Shown: positions 13,988 to 28,704, counted from the whole stretch's first letter. The stretch: DNA of 63,918 nt, filler included, from Octopus bimaculoides (GCF_001194135.2; 6 parts of 5 records of this genome joined end to end with filler, not necessarily neighbours in it); one strand, 5' to 3'. Numbers and translations: made by a program. The notes: generated by a model from the letters alone, not told the origin.

Positions 13988-14706
13988 TCATCATCATCAT
14001 TTAGCGTCTGCTTTCCATGTTGGCATGGGTTAGACGGTTTGACTGAAACTGGTAAGCTGGAGAGCTGCACCAAGTTCCAGTCTGATTTGACATGGTTTCT
14101 GTGGCTGGATGCCTTTCCTAATGCCAACCACTCCAAGCATGTAATGGGTGCTTTTTATGTGGTACCAGTATGGGTGCCAGTTATATGACATTGGCATGGG
14201 CCATGACTATGATTTCACTTGGCTTGTTGAGTCTTCTCAAGCACAGCATACTGCCAAAGGTCTTGATTACTTGTCATTGCCTCGGTAAATCCCAGTATTT
14301 GAAGACCATGCTTCACCACTTTGTCCTATGTCTTCCTGGGTCTACCACTTCCACAGGTTCCTTCCAAAGTTAAAGATTGGCACTTCTTTACACAACTGTT
14401 TTCGTCCATATGCATCACATGACCATACCAGTGCAGTCATCTCTCTTGCACACCAAATGATGCCACTTATGCCCAACTTTTCTCTCAAGATGCTTACACT
14501 ATGTTGTGCACGCATGCTGACAAGGCACAATCAGCAAAGTATATTAGCTTAATTTCTTTCAAGCCTATACATGTCCTCAGTGGTCACAGCCTATGTTTCA
14601 CTGCCATGTAGCATAGCTGTTCACACACTGGCATCATACAATCTACCTTTCAATCTGAGAGAGAGGACCTTAGTTACCAACAAAGGTAAGAGCTCTCTCA
14701 AGTTTT
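13988..14706 (-). mobile_element. RTE-clade LINE 3' fragment
   Basis: Minus strand: LRELLPLLVTKVLSLRLKGRLYDASV*TAMLHGSET*AVTTEDMYRLERN...LREKLGISGI.... The 3' UTR contains the ttaggaaaggcatccagc motif and a (GAT)n tail. Confidence 0.85.
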
Positions 14707-15649
14707 CTCAGTCTATTCTTATTCTATAATTTAAATTTTTTCTTGGAATGCAAATGGTAGCTAATTTTAATGTAGTGTTCTGACATAAAATGATTTCCTA
14801 CTTCCGATATAGAAAGCTGGATGGTAGAATCAGTTAAGTGTAAGATGGTGGATAGCAAAAGTGTTAAAGTTTGGGACAAAATACCCTTGTTACATACCAA
14901 GCTCAAATTTCGCTGAGATTGAATTGGGAAATACAAGTATTATTTTATTGACCTTGGAGTAATTCAACTAGCTACTGACTATAACCTTCCTCTAATAAAT
15001 TTGTGGCCACATGCCAACAAAATGAACCATTATTTGACATATGTGGAATGTAGTCTCAAAAAGACTGCCTGCACTCTTACTACAATGTCTTGTAATCATT
15101 ATGATTTCAAATTCTGTAATCTGAAAAATTAACTTGTATTTTTAACTTAACAGATTTAAGTATTTATTGCTGTGCTGCTACTATTGTTGTTGTTGTTATT
15201 GTTGTTGTATGGATAAGGTGCCAAAGACAAGATCTGTGTTCAATACAATAAGATGATAAAATGCTTATACAGTTTCCATGCTAGCCACAGCAGCAAGTGT
15301 TACATCCCTATGGTACTTATGTCAAAGTAGAAAGCATCTCAAAGAAGGAACCTCTACATGGTTACTTAACTAGCTAGAAATACCAACCACTATTCTCACT
15401 CTATTGCACTTGTCTACACACCCACCTTTTCTGCTTCTCTATTATATTCTGTCTTTCATATTCACTTTGTATCTTGACCTCACATCTCCCTCCCTCTCCA
15501 CACTCCCTCTCTTCCAGATAGGCAAACCATGTATTCACCTCTTCAGCAAGATACCTGCTCCTGTTACTCTATCATATTTTTTTACCCCTCAATACTGTAC
15601 CCCACTCACTAAAGTGTGTGTGTGTGTGGGGAAGAGGTCTTCTCTTGAT

Positions 15650-15995
15650 GGGATACTTGATGAACTCACCTGTGCTGGTGTCATGAAAAAGTACCCAGTA
15701 CACTCTGTGAGTTGGCTGGAGTTAGGAAGGGCATCCAACTGTAGAAACCATGCCAAAGCAGATATTGGAACTCAATACAGCCCTCTGGCTTATTAGTTCA
15801 TGTTAAACTGTCCAACCCACACCAGAACAGAAAAAGGGACATTAAATGATGATGATGATGATGATGATAATGATGATGATGATATAGATGATGATGATGA
15901 TGATAATGATGATGATGATATAGATGATGATGATAATGATGATGATGATATAGATGATGATGATGATAATGATGATGATGATGATGATGATAACA
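15650..15995 (+). mobile_element. RTE 3' UTR remnant with a greatly expanded (GAT)n-derived tail
   Basis: gttaggaagggcatccaactgtagaaaccatgcc motif followed by about 150 bp of GAT/GATAAT/GATATA repeats. Similar tails lie at about 5380-5440, 19900-20030, 21680-21835, 28940-29220(-) and 36560-36780. Confidence 0.7.
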
Positions 15996-16945
15996 TACTG
16001 ATTTTTAATCCATTCATTTTCATTGCTGCTTAGTGTCTAAGAATTTTAGCGATTGCTTCAGATAATTTCTGTTGTTTAATTCAGGCCACAGAACATCAAA
16101 AATAGTTTGTGTACTGTGAAGATATGAAAGTCTTGACATTTCAGGCCAAGACCTTTTCCTCCTCGTGGCACTGAAACTCAATTTATTTTACCAACATCTA
16201 TTTTTTATGTTGACCCAGATTGTCTCTAGTTTCCTGGGATTGTAACTACGTCTTCTTTGATGTGTCAAAGAAATATGATTGAATAACTGATAATTAGTGT
16301 GCTGTTTGAATTTGTTAGTCAAGCTAGAAAATCAGAGATAAACAGGATAGGTCATTCCAATATATTACAACATAAATAGGCAAAAACAAAACAAAATGAA
16401 ACACACACGCACACACACATACACACATACATGAACAAACAAAAAATAAACTATGCCTTATAACAATATCTGCTATCTGAAGATATTACTACATAGAGAG
16501 TAAAAGAATTAATAATTCTTTAATATGAAGGCGGATAGAGATAGCAACAATAACACATATATCATTTATATAATTTTGAATGACGCATCGTTACGTCAAA
16601 ATTGAACAAGTTATATACAGCAATTGTTGACATACTCATAACTAAATATATTTTATAAGAGACAGAGAGTAAGCAGTATACTACGAATATAAGAATTTAA
16701 TTTATCAAATGGGATGCCCTAAACATGCCAACCAACATTGAATTACATATCCCATTTTGATTATTTAATGATGAAGACAAAGATAGATATCTGCAAATGT
16801 TATTTTTCTGAGGTAGACAGCAGCAGCAGCAACTCCAGCAAATCTTATTGACATGGGCGTTGACATTTAATCATTGTTCTGGTTAGATGGCCAGGTATTT
16901 TACAATATTAATAAAATACAAGATTTTTATCAGATTTGATAAAAG

Positions 16946-17134
16946 CGTTTTTTTTTTAGTCATTGGACTGTGGCCATGCTGGGGCACAGCCTTGAAGGGT
17001 TTAGTCAAACAAAGTGACCCAAGTACTTATTTTGAAAATTTGGTACTTATCCTATCAGCCATTTTTGCTGAACCACTGTTACAGGGACATAAACAAACTA
17101 ACACCAGTTGCCAAGTGGTGGGGAACAAACATAT

Positions 17135-17195
<61 letters not shown>

Positions 17196-17400
17196 AAACA
17201 AATAATAAATGAGTATATGCATATATATATATATATATACATACACGATGGGCTTCCATCAGTTTCTTAAAAACTAAATTCACTCACAAGACATTAGTTG
17301 CACCGGGGCTACAGTAGAAGACTCTTGCCATGCAGTGGGACTGAACCTGAAACCCTGTGGTTGCATAGCAAGCTTCTTAACCACACAACCATGCCTGCAC
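16946..17400 (-). mobile_element. SINE family A copy with an internal (CA)n tract
   Basis: Same head and tail as 60428-60830 in reverse. Further copies lie at about 3127-3535(+), 6455-6735(-), 17712-18095(-), 24795-26150(-, gapped), 39530-39770(-) and 48900-49250(-). Confidence 0.8.
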
Positions 17401-18329
17401 CTAGACACTTTTTACAGAGCGCTATCAGAAAAAATATGTTGATTTTTCTAGAGACTGTAGTTATTGTAATCAAATGTGGAGAAGATCATTGTGAAGTAGG
17501 TTTTCATTGACAAGTTCATCAAGAGTAAAGCTAAGTCTATTATCTATCCCACATGCTGAGACCTACTTCTCTATCTTCTGCTATTTTTAATGTCATGTTA
17601 TGAGTAAGATAATAGGAGATTGTTATTTAATACATATAGTACTCAGGTGTCCTGTTTACAAGACTAAACACATTTTGCATATGGAAGCAAGAAAAGTTTA
17701 ACTAGGTTAAATTCTTTTTTCTTGTTTCAGTCTTGCTGGGGCATTGCCTTGAAGAACTTTTTTTTAGTCAAGTGAATCAACCTGAATACTCTTTCTTATT
17801 TAAGCCTGGTATTTATTCTATCAATCTCTTTTGCTGGACCACTAAGTTATGGGAATGTAAGTAAGCACACCAACACCAGTTGTCAAGTGGTGGCAGAAGA
17901 CAAACACAGTCACACATATATATGTACACATACAATGGGTTTCTTTCAGTTTCCACCTAGTAAATCCACTCACAAGGCTTTGGTCAGTCCAAGGCTATAG
18001 AAGACACTTGCTGGAGATACCATGCAGTGGGACTGAACTTGGAACTAGGTGGTTGGGAAGCAAGCTTCTTACCACACAGCCACACCTGTGCCTGGTTACA
18101 TATCAGTCAGATAATAGGATTTCTCATGAAATATGTTTTTTTTTCTAATTGTAAAAGAGAGAAAGTAACACAGGGAAAAGCCTAAAAAGTAGGGAGTCAA
18201 ATGTGGTATTTTAGGAGCTAGAATTGCTTATGCAATAATTTGGTTTCATCTACCTATCTACAACATACATGACCTTGCATATATTAGAAATTATTATCAT
18301 TATTCAGATACTTCCCTGGCCTCATAAAC

Positions 18330-18735
18330 TTTTTAAATTTCATTTGGAAAGGTAAGTGAGGGTTCAGCGGGGTTTACTGTACTCCAGTAAATTTATTAAA
18401 AGGTGTGTGAATGTGGCAAGGATGCATCAGGTGACGGATCCTACTCTAAGCAGGCATCTATAGGCTGAGGTGTAAGGAGGAGAAAGAGGAACACTTACCA
18501 TGGCATTCCTAGTGAGTAGGGTGACTTGGGATCTGTAGGACTCCTTGATACTTCTAGGTAGTGTTTTCCCCTTTTACAGGGTATTATGTTTCAGATATTT
18601 TTGAAAATTGTTCTTGTTTTATTGTTTACATGTTTCTATGTAAATTCCCACCGTCCTTTGTTTTAGTATTGTTCTAAATGTTTTCACAACCATTGTAACC
18701 AAGACAGAAAGATTATTATTATTATTATTATTATT
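18330..18735 (+). mobile_element. Older Tx1-like 3' UTR with a (TTA)n tail
   Basis: Homologous by eye to 26790-27062. Confidence 0.45.
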
Positions 18736-20132
18736 GAGTGAGAGAGCAATGCATGCCATCAAAGTGACACCCATATCACCATCACAACTACCCATCTGAT
18801 AAGTACACCAGGTACATGCATCATAACCATATGTGTGCAACATGGTGACTTATATCAAGATAAACAGTGGGGCCCAGTTAGAATTTTCTTCAGGTTGAGT
18901 GGCCCATCCTGCTCAAAGGTCCCTGAATGAGGGCTGTTTAAGGATGATGAACAAAACATCCATGTTTCCAGAGGTAAATCATTCAAACTCCAAAGAATTC
19001 ATCTTAACACACAGCTATGATGTTCCCCCACTACCCTGCTCATGATCAGTGATGCACGTATTGTCAGCCACTGAAGGACATGCTCAACTGGTTACGGACA
19101 AGCAACTGACAAGCAAATCTGTGGTATTGAGCAGAATGTTTGTTGTAGTCCATCTTGACCTAGTGGTTGGGGTGTTGCACATGCAATCACAAAGTTGTGG
19201 TTTCAATTCCTAGTCTGGGTAGTGCATTGTGTTCTTGAGCAAAAGACTTCATCTTGCATTGCTCGGCGATCCCTTTGACACCTGATGCATGGTACATCAT
19301 GCATCAGTTTAGGCAACATCAATTTGATGGAGGGAGGGAGTTAATGTGCATACATTTGATCACTGTAAACAAATCATTTGTGCAGGTCATTCAGCAAAAG
19401 CTGAACACTCATATGTTGCCTTCGATAGAAGAGTCCATTATTATTATTAAGGTGGCAAGCTGGAAGAATCACTACTACACTGGATAAAATGCTCAGCAGC
19501 ATTTCTTCTTGTTTTATGTTCTGAGTTCAAATGCCACCAAAGTTGACTTTGCCTTTCATCCTTTTGGGGTCGAGAAAATAAGCAATGGGGTCAATATAAT
19601 CAACATATTCCCTCCTTCAAAATTTTAGGCCTTGTGCCAATAGTAGAAAGGGTCATCATTATTATTATTTAGTTAGTGAGTCAACACAAATGCTAGAGCA
19701 TTAGAAAAAAAATCATCTTTTGAGATTTCTTTCTGCTCTTTACATTCTGAGTTCAATTCCTGCCAAGGTCAACGTTACTTTTTATCCTTTTGAAAGGCTG
19801 ATAGAATAAAGTACCAGTCAAATACTGGGGTCAATGGAATTCGCTAAACACTTCCCTGTAACACTGCTGGCCTTGTGTAACCTATGTAGAAATATTACCT
19901 TGCATGAAAACAAGTGAGTGTTGGTGGCAGGAAGGGCATCCAACCATAAATATTCGGCCTCAATAAATTCTGTCTGACCCATGCAAGCATGGAAAAGTGG
20001 ATGTTAAAATGATAATGATGATGATGATATATAAATATATAAACACATACACACTCACACATGTAAGTAACTATATATTTCTTGTTATCACTCTACTTCT
20101 CTCTGTGTATATATCTGTACATGTGTATATGT

Positions 20133-20166
<34 letters not shown>

Positions 20167-20884
20167 GTGCGTGAAAATGTGAGCATGAATACATGTACCT
20201 GTACTCTAACATTTCAGCATTCAGATTACTCAGTCAAATGTAATGCTTATTCATTCATAGTATTTTGAATAAATCTTACATTATCTTGTAGCTTCAAGAT
20301 TTCAATAGTATGACTATTTTTTAGAATGACATTGTTGGGTAAGTGTGAGAGGCTAGGAGATGTGCCTGATTTGAACATAAAACAGGTAGAATATTTGGTT
20401 CTGAAACAGTAGGTTTAAATGCTAGGGATCTAAATGTATTTTCACACAAATGTGTACTTTTAATATAATTTTAAGAATAAATCTGACACAGCAGGTAACA
20501 AATCTGATGCTTAGAATTAAAAGTGCAGCTAACTTAAAGTTTTTTCTTGATAAACTTGGGTAGATGGATCCAAGTAATGAAATCAAAGCTACAACCTCAT
20601 GACTGTACAGCAAACTTCAGAAGTTACTCAAGGTTTTCAAGTTTCATATAACACTTTTCAAACTTAAGGCTCTTGAGTAACCCCTGGGGTATTTTCAAAT
20701 TCAATAATAATAATAAGAAGAATATAAATGTACATATAAATATACTAAGTTCTCTTTTCCCCTCATGATTCGTTGTAAATCCTCATTATCTAACTTTCCA
20801 TACATGCACACACACACATATCCATCCATGTGTGTGTGCGTGTGCAAGCATGCATGTGCATGTGTGTATAAATATATATATGTA

Positions 20885-20939
<55 letters not shown>

Positions 20940-23030
20940 ATATATATATATATATATATACATATACACATACATACATATATATATCATATATCTGTGT
21001 GTGCACATGTATGTAGGTATATATATGTGTGTGCATGTATGTGTATGCATAACTATATATTTCAGAGACAGACAGAGAGCGGAGAAGAGAGAAAAATTCA
21101 TTAGTCTAGCTTGATATGAGTGTCTTATAACACCATACCTTACATTTCATCCCCACCTTCTTGCTCTGTCCAAAATTTCCAGATGACTGATTCACAGTTA
21201 TCTTTATTGTTGAACATTGTTCTTAATGGTTGAGCAATGAACATCAACCCTTAGCAAATCAACCTATTTTAGGTGTTTCTTCACAAAAAAGACAAATTCA
21301 ATTAGTCCTATTTTTATGCAGCTTTTTTACACCTCAACACACAAAAAATATAGAGCAACTTTTCTGACTGCTTCCTTTTTCTATTTGTTTTTTTAAAAAA
21401 TTTGTTTACATTATTTTTGTTACAAAATTATCTCAAGAATGTAAATATAATTAATTTAGTAGGTATAAGGCAGGATTATATATGGTGGTTGCCAACTCAA
21501 CATCAAACATAACTACTTTAGTTTGAGAGTAATTTCTATCATGGCCCTCAGATTACTGACTACCTGGCTCAAGTTTTGTTTTAAATGTCTTTATGACAAA
21601 TGTAGTATTCAAGAAGATCTGCCAGCCACAACAGAATTGAGATCCTAAAACCAAAGTGACACATAAAAAGCATTGGTGTGGGTGCCAAAAACAGTCTATG
21701 GAACCTGGTGCAGCCCCTGGCCTTGCCAGTACCTGTCAAGCTGTCCAACCCATGCCCGCATGGAAAACAGATGTTAAATGTTGATGATTATGATGATAAT
21801 GATGATGACGAAAATGACGATGACAATGATGATGTACATAACTTTGTTAAGAATCACATTAACAGCAGCTCTACTCTTGTGCATTTATCCAAAACGGATT
21901 TTCAGGCCAATACTAGATGAACCTTTAGACAGAAAGTTCTGTAGTTATGAAGTAAAATCACACATATTTCCTTTATATTATGAATTGGAAATTGGCTCAT
22001 TCTGTTTATTCCTAATATTGTAGCCCCAAATAATTCCATAATACATATAAATATTTGTTGAGCAAATTAGAGAAAAATGCCTCACTAAGATAAAATGTTA
22101 TGTCTGTGGTGCCACTGAAGTCTATGTAAATAAGTATCCCATGTTAGTCTGCTAATATGTACCCTTTCATGGATGACAAGTCCAGATTTAGAAAATGCAG
22201 TGTAACCAGAGATTGCACAGGAGAGATTATTTCAGAACCTTCTACCATGCAGGACTTCAATATCCAGTAGTTTTTAGGCATTATGTTTCACAATTTGATG
22301 GGCAATTCAAATTTTATCAAACTGCAAGTTATTATTCCAAATTATAGACTATTCGCTACTGTTCAATGTAACAGTACTCAAGGACTTAAGGTACTTTTGT
22401 GATGTCATGAAATCTCATTTTTGGTTTGTGTTGGGTATGCTTACTGTGAACTATTTCTCTATAAAGTAATCACTCTAGAAGCCTGAAGTCATGGAGGTAG
22501 ACGGCATATGATACTTGATAGGTTAATTCTAAGTTGAGCACTTTAAAGTGGCTGTCCTCAAAAGATAATTTCATCCAGCTGGTTGTGAAAGGTGTCTGCT
22601 TTCTGTGAAGTACATATGATGTGTCATGTTACCGAGTATGTTTACACCTCCCCCAGCATCACCACATGCACATATTGTAATGTAGATAACAGTTTTAGAT
22701 GCAGTGTGTCTGAAAGCAAAATGACCACAAACACGAACGTTTTTATTTATATATCAGGGCTGACTTGGTGCTAAACAAAACAACAACAACAAACTAACTC
22801 AGGAACCTTTATGTAAGAAACATTAGCCAAATCTTCCTCTCCCCAAATCACATACTGCCACCTTAAGAACAGATAGACACATTGAATAATGTAATACTAG
22901 TCATAATGTCTGAAAAAGGTATGATGGTCACGGCTAGAACATTTTCAATTATAGATCTTTTGGTCATAGCTGGCCTAGGGTTAAACAACAACAATAAGCA
23001 TGCTTCTGTATGGTTGCTCAAAATACTTAC

Positions 23031-23248
23031 ATTTTCTTTTCACCTTCATGGTTCACGGTAGTTGCCAAGCCAAAATCTCCAATCTTTACTTGCATGTCTT
23101 TGTTTAAAAACATGTTACCAAGTTTTAAATCTCTATGGATGATTTTGTTCTTGTGAATGTACTTCACACCTTCGATCAGTTGCCTGACGTAGTAACGTAC
23201 CTCTTGTTCTTGCAAACATTTACGATTCTTCAGAACATGGACCAAACT
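23031..23248 (-). CDS. Internal exon of the same Polo-like kinase: catalytic loop and DFG motif
   Basis: The minus strand reads gattatag|AGT TTG GTC...AAG AAA AT|gtaagt. The 218 bp encode [80 protein letters not shown] and DFG are intact. It splices in frame to the exon at 38603-38719 (CSRK|SLVH). Confidence 0.95.
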
Positions 23249-25009
23249 CTATAATCACAAAAAAAAAAGCAAAAAGAAAATAATAAAGATTTAAAAGGAA
23301 GTCGTTCAAATAAAAACATTACAAAAAAAACTAGAGCACTCAGAGAGGGCAAACCTCTGCCAAGGCAACGCCAACGTCCTCTCAACAATTAGCTGGAGAC
23401 AATTTTTAAAATGAGAATATCTGAAATAAACTCGACAGCTCTCACAAATAAAAATACTAAAAATGAACTCAACCGCTCTCAAAAATTAAGTAAAAAAAAA
23501 CAGAAAAATAATCCAGAATTCTTGTCCGGTACTAGATCGATCTCAAAATCTAATCAGTTCGTGCCAGTCATGGGGCCAAACATTCTTGAAAGTTTCATCC
23601 AAATCCATCCAGCAGTTTTTGATAAATCTTGTCCATGGACAAACAAACGTGACCGAAAACAATACCTCTGCTTTCGCTAAGGCAGAGGTAAAAAGTCAAC
23701 AACCACAACAACCAAAACAACAACAGCAGCTGCCACCACCACCACCACCACAACCACTGCTGCTACTGTCACTAACACTACCATTGCCAGTGTCAACATT
23801 TTGATCACCACCACCATGATCCCTATCACCACCTGATAGATCTATTTGATAAGAACTGACAGGGGCTGAATAATAACTTCATACACTGATACAATGCAAT
23901 AAATTTTGAGAGAAGAGGATTAATTGTTTTATTTGAGTCCAGTACATGACTGGTACTTTATTTTTCTCAATTCTGAAAAGACGAAAGGGAAAGATGAGCT
24001 CAGCAAAATTTGAGCTTGGAACATAAAAGGGCCAAAACAAGATACCACAAACTATTTGGCACTTTTCTTTATTGAGCTGAAAAATATAAATAGCAAAGTG
24101 AACTACAGCAGGATTTGAACTCAGAGTGCCAAGAGCCAGACAAAAATATATTCTAATTGCTCTAAAACTGTTTATACTTATAAAAGGATTAGTAGTAGGT
24201 TCAGTATAATGGTGCCCCCATATTACCAACAATTGAATGTATGTATGTTACTGGTAAGATATTCGTCAGTCAGATATTGACTATGTGTCTACACTTGCAT
24301 ACAAGATGACCTAGTATGTAGTGTAAACATTCAAACATTGTCACTATCTTTTTAAATTCTGCTGCATTTTACATGGACTTTTTGATCCTCCAAAGGTGCC
24401 TTGGTGTATACTTACTGTATTTGGATGTAAATTTTGGACTGAAAAAATTTGACTTGTATTAAAGAAAATATGGTAGGCTGAAGCCTGGGCAAAGTGTTTT
24501 GTGAAAGCCTAGCAGTTGCCCATGCATGCAAATCTCCTTCACCATGTCACAGACATTGTGTAAAAGAAGTGTTAGAACTGATACAGTTTGACACCAGTGT
24601 TGGTGTAAGCCTTGTTATCAGAATACAAAGAAATGGAACAGAGATTGCAAGACATCTCTTCCAATGCTGTAATAATTTTGCTAATCCATAGATCTGGATC
24701 GGTGCTTTTTTTAAGAGTCCAAAAAGCTGTAAGGTAAAGTTGACCTTGATGGAATTTGAACTCAAAACACAAAATCAGAACAAATACCATCTTTTATATT
24801 TTGCTTTTATTTATTTCAGTCGTTGGACTGAAGCCATGTCGAGGCACCTCCTTGAAAGGTTTTTTTCTTTTCTTTATTTTTTTTGTTAAACAAATTGACC
24901 CCAGTGCTTATTCTACTAGTCTCTTATGCTGAACAACTAAATTATGGGGATACAAACAAACCAGCACCAGCTGTCAAACAGCAGTTCAGGACAAACACAA
25001 ACACACACA

Positions 25010-25055
<46 letters not shown>

Positions 25056-26789
25056 AATNNNNNNNNNNNNNNNNNNNNNNNNNNNNNNNNNNNNNNNNNN
25101 NNNNNNNNNNNNNNNNNNNNNNNNNNNNNNNNNNNNNNNNNNNNNNNNNNNNNNNNNNNNNNNNNNNNNNNNNNNNNNNNNNNNNNNNNNNNNNNNNNNN
25201 NNNNNNNNNNNNNNNNNNNNNNNNNNNNNNNNNNNNNNNNNNNNNNNNNNNNNNNNNNNNNNNNNNNNNNNNNNNNNNNNNNNNNNNNNNNNNNNNNNNN
25301 NNNNNNNNNNNNNNNNNNNNNNNNNNNNNNNNNNNNNNNNNNNNNNNNNNNNNNNNNNNNNNNNNNNNNNNNNNNNNNNNNNNNNNNNNNNNNNNNNNNN
25401 NNNNNNNNNNNNNNNNNNNNNNNNNNNNNNNNNNNNNNNNNNNNNNNNNNNNNNNNNNNNNNNNNNNNNNNNNNNNNNNNNNNNNNNNNNNNNNNNNNNN
25501 NNNNNNNNNNNNNNNNNNNNNNNNNNNNNNNNNNNNNNNNNNNNNNNNNNNNNNNNNNNNNNNNNNNNNNNNNNNNNNNNNNNNNNNNNNNNNNNNNNNN
25601 NNNNNNNNNNNNNNNNNNNNNNNNNNNNNNNNNNNNNNNNNNNNNNNNNNNNNNNNNNNNNNNNNNNNNNNNNNNNNNNNNNNNNNNNNNNNNNNNNNNN
25701 NNNNNNNNNNNNNNNNNNNNNNNNNNNNNNNNNNNNNNNNNNNNNNNNNNNNNNNNNNNNNNNNNNNNNNNNNNNNNNNNNNNNNNNNNNNNNNNNNNNN
25801 NNNNNNNNNNNNNNNNNNNNNNNNNNNNNNNNNNNNNNNNNNNNNNNNNNNNNNNNNNNNNNNNNNNNNNNNNNNNNNNNNNNNNNNNNNNNNNNNNNNN
25901 NNNNNNNNNNNNNNNNNNNNNNNNNNNNNNNNNNNNNNNNNNNNNNNNNNNNNNNNNNNNNNNNNATATATATATATATATATAATATTATATTATATTA
26001 TATATATAACCTTTTCCAGTTTCCATCTACCAAATCCACTCATAAGGTTTTGATTAGCCGAGGGCTAGAAGACACTTACCCAAGGTGCCACACAGAAGGA
26101 CTGAATTCAGAACCATGTGGATGGGAAGCAAACTTTCTTAACATACAGCCAATGACTGCCAATTTGATGTTTTTATCATAATATTTAAGTACCAGTAATT
26201 ATGCTACTGGTAAGAACCTGTAATAAAGTCGTATGCAGTAGTAATATGCTGATACTCTTCTGTAAAGTATTGGCAGCAGGCTTGGACAGAAGATATCAAT
26301 TTTGAATGAATGGTCTAATTTCTATTGGATTTCTCTGTTAGAATGGTCTAATTTCTATTGGATTTCTTTGATTCAACATTATTATTGATCTTGGAGCATG
26401 CAAAAGTTAGGATAAAGTTGTCAGTTCCATCGGAATAAAGAATGGACAAGCAAAATAATAATAATAATAATAATAATAAATTGTGGATGATAAATGAAAC
26501 CATCTCATTATAGAAGTCATGCGATATAAGCAGTTATACATTACTGACATTATAAGGTGAGCTTGCATAGAAGAGATCTAAGACCTTAAGAAAATAAATA
26601 AACAGAAGCTGTCTTTTGAATAGAAGAGCTATAGAATGGTTAGTTGTATAAAAAAAAAATGGTCTTTGATTGGCTGAGATGAACGATTGTAATTTGAAGA
26701 ACTTGCAGGAGTTGACAGATGCCAATTAGATATGCTTTTGGAAGATGATTTATTAAGCAGGTAGATCAATAACTAACAGATGGCTTGAA

Positions 26790-27062
26790 TGTGTGGGCCT
26801 ACTTTACACTGGTGCCTATAGACAGGGGAGCACTGAGGAGAGAGGCACACTTACTATGGTACTCCTGGTGAGTTGGGCGGCTCGAGATCTGTGGGTTTCC
26901 TAGTATGTCCAGGGAGGGATTTTGTTAATCAAGATTTTTTTTTTGCAAATAATTATTGTTTTATTGTTTACATGTTTCTATATAAATCCTTACTACCCTT
27001 TGTTTTTGCATTGTCCTTAGTGTTTTCACAACTCTTGCGACCAATAAAGAAAGAACTATTAC
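26790..27062 (+). mobile_element. Older Tx1-like 3' UTR, tail-to-tail with the element at 27080
   Basis: ttttattgtttacatgtttctat...gtgttttcacaac...ccaataaag is shared with 18330-18735 and weakly with the minus-strand Tx1 3' UTR. Confidence 0.45.
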
Positions 27063-27079
27063 CACCACCACCACCACCA

Positions 27080-27806
27080 CCAATAATAATAATAATAATT
27101 AATTCTGTTTTATTGGCCACAAGGGCTAATATAAATCAAAAACATGTAAGGACAAAGACAGGACGAAGGTTACAAAAGGGTTTTGTCCGAAAGGGAGAAA
27201 AACGTTCGTGTAAACAGTAGAAAAACAGAGAAAGATATAACAAATAAAACTCCCAATAGGGGGAGGCGCTTCGAAAGGTTACACGTGGAAAAATCCATAA
27301 AAGCCACGGGAGCCTGGTCAGAAAAAATAAGAAAGGGGTATAGAGCCCTTTCTCCTTTTACATTACCTTTTTTCTACAGGTGTATTCTCAGAATTGGTCC
27401 GTTTATACTGGCCATTCTTCCAACAGTCACCCATCTTTCAACAAATTTGCTATAAGACAGCACTTCCCTCTCTACTCTCATCTTCCTTTTCAAGTGGAAC
27501 TTGAAAAAGTTGATGAGGCCTTGGCCAAAGAGGAAAGTGTCTGACTTTAGCCCTTTCAAATGGGTCCACCATACAACCTCTTTCGCTACAGTCACTAGGC
27601 ATAGAAAAATTGCCTTGCCCTCCCAGTTAAAGGAGGTTGGCGGGTCAATCTTCACGATGGATTCAGCTGATAGCCGGATCCGTCCTACACGTGACAGTAG
27701 CTGTTCGACATAAACCCATAGGTCAGCAATACCCGGGCACTGGACGAGTGCGTTCAGAACGGTTTCGTCGTCCTGAGCGCACCTTGGGCATGCGCGGCTG
27801 ACGGCA
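27080..27806 (-). mobile_element. Tx1/L1-clade LINE 3' fragment
   Basis: Minus strand: CPRCAQDDETVLNALVQCP (zf-RVT-like, His replaced)...FKFHLKRKMRVEREVLSYSKFVERW...LRIHL*, then a T-rich 3' UTR, AATAAA and a (TTA)n tail. Confidence 0.8.
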
Positions 27807-28085
27807 CTGAGTTACCAGTCCTTTATATAAACTAAAAAATGAATTAGACTGACATTTATTTTATTTTGAACCTGTTGAAGGCACGCGAGATGTCGAAATA
27901 TTGTTCAAAGCACCAATAAATAAGTTACTTTCGAGTTGCGCTTTTTGTCATTAAGTTGGCCTTGGTGATGGATTACGTCAGCTATGTTTACCTTAGTGAT
28001 GAATTGTGGCAATCATATACAAAAGTAAAGAACTCACCTCTCTATCTATTACATTTCTGCTGAGTTACCAGTCCTTTATATAAAC

Positions 28086-28122
<37 letters not shown>

Positions 28123-28581
28123 CCTTTCTACTATAGGCACAAGGCCTGAAATTTAGGGGAAGGGGATAGTCGATTACTTCGACCCCAGTACACAACTGGT
28201 ACTTATTTTATTGACCCTGATAGGATCAAAGGCCAAGTTGACCTTGGCAGAATTTGAACTCAGAATGTGAAGATGGATGAGATACCATAGCCCAATTTCT
28301 AACATGGGTAGATGGCCAGAAATTTTGACTGGAATGAGAGAATGGAAGTTAGAATCTAATTAACACTAGATCATAACTGGAAGGATGCAATACATGCTAC
28401 TTACACAAGTTTCAGCCATAATTGGCCCAAGCTATGACTAACTTAATAGCATTACCGGGAGAAAACATTTGATCATATTTCATGTTACAGTCATACTTTG
28501 GGCACCAGAGCTTGTTTCAGTAAAGATTTAACAAACTACCTACACCTATAAACCAGATATAGATGGTTTATCTGAAATTTG

Positions 28582-28704
28582 TTAGAGGTATTTGTCTAAG
28601 AACTGCTTGAATGTTATGAAGTCCTTTTCTTCCCTTGTGTGTCTTGGCATGAAGTTAAAGAGATCAGGACCAGTTGAAGTGAAATAGTCTGTCTTAATGT
28701 TGTG
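28582..28704 (-). mobile_element. CR1/L2-group-like LINE ORF2 C-terminal remnant
   Basis: DYFTSTGPDLFNFMPRHTREEKDFITFKQFLDKYL resembles the GP.LFN.LP...FK..LDK.L terminus. Confidence 0.5.

Noticed and set aside
22160-22300. FMDDKSRF peptide resembling Tc1 FSDESRF or an RT motif
   Set aside because: It is too short and has no supporting flanking motifs.
24944-26053. Long ORFs (also at 7231, 31201, 50954, 60961)
   Set aside because: Their length comes from N runs translated as X.
26308-26367. 27-bp tandem duplication (gaatggtctaatttctattggatttct x2)
   Set aside because: It is an ordinary small slippage duplication with no sign of function.
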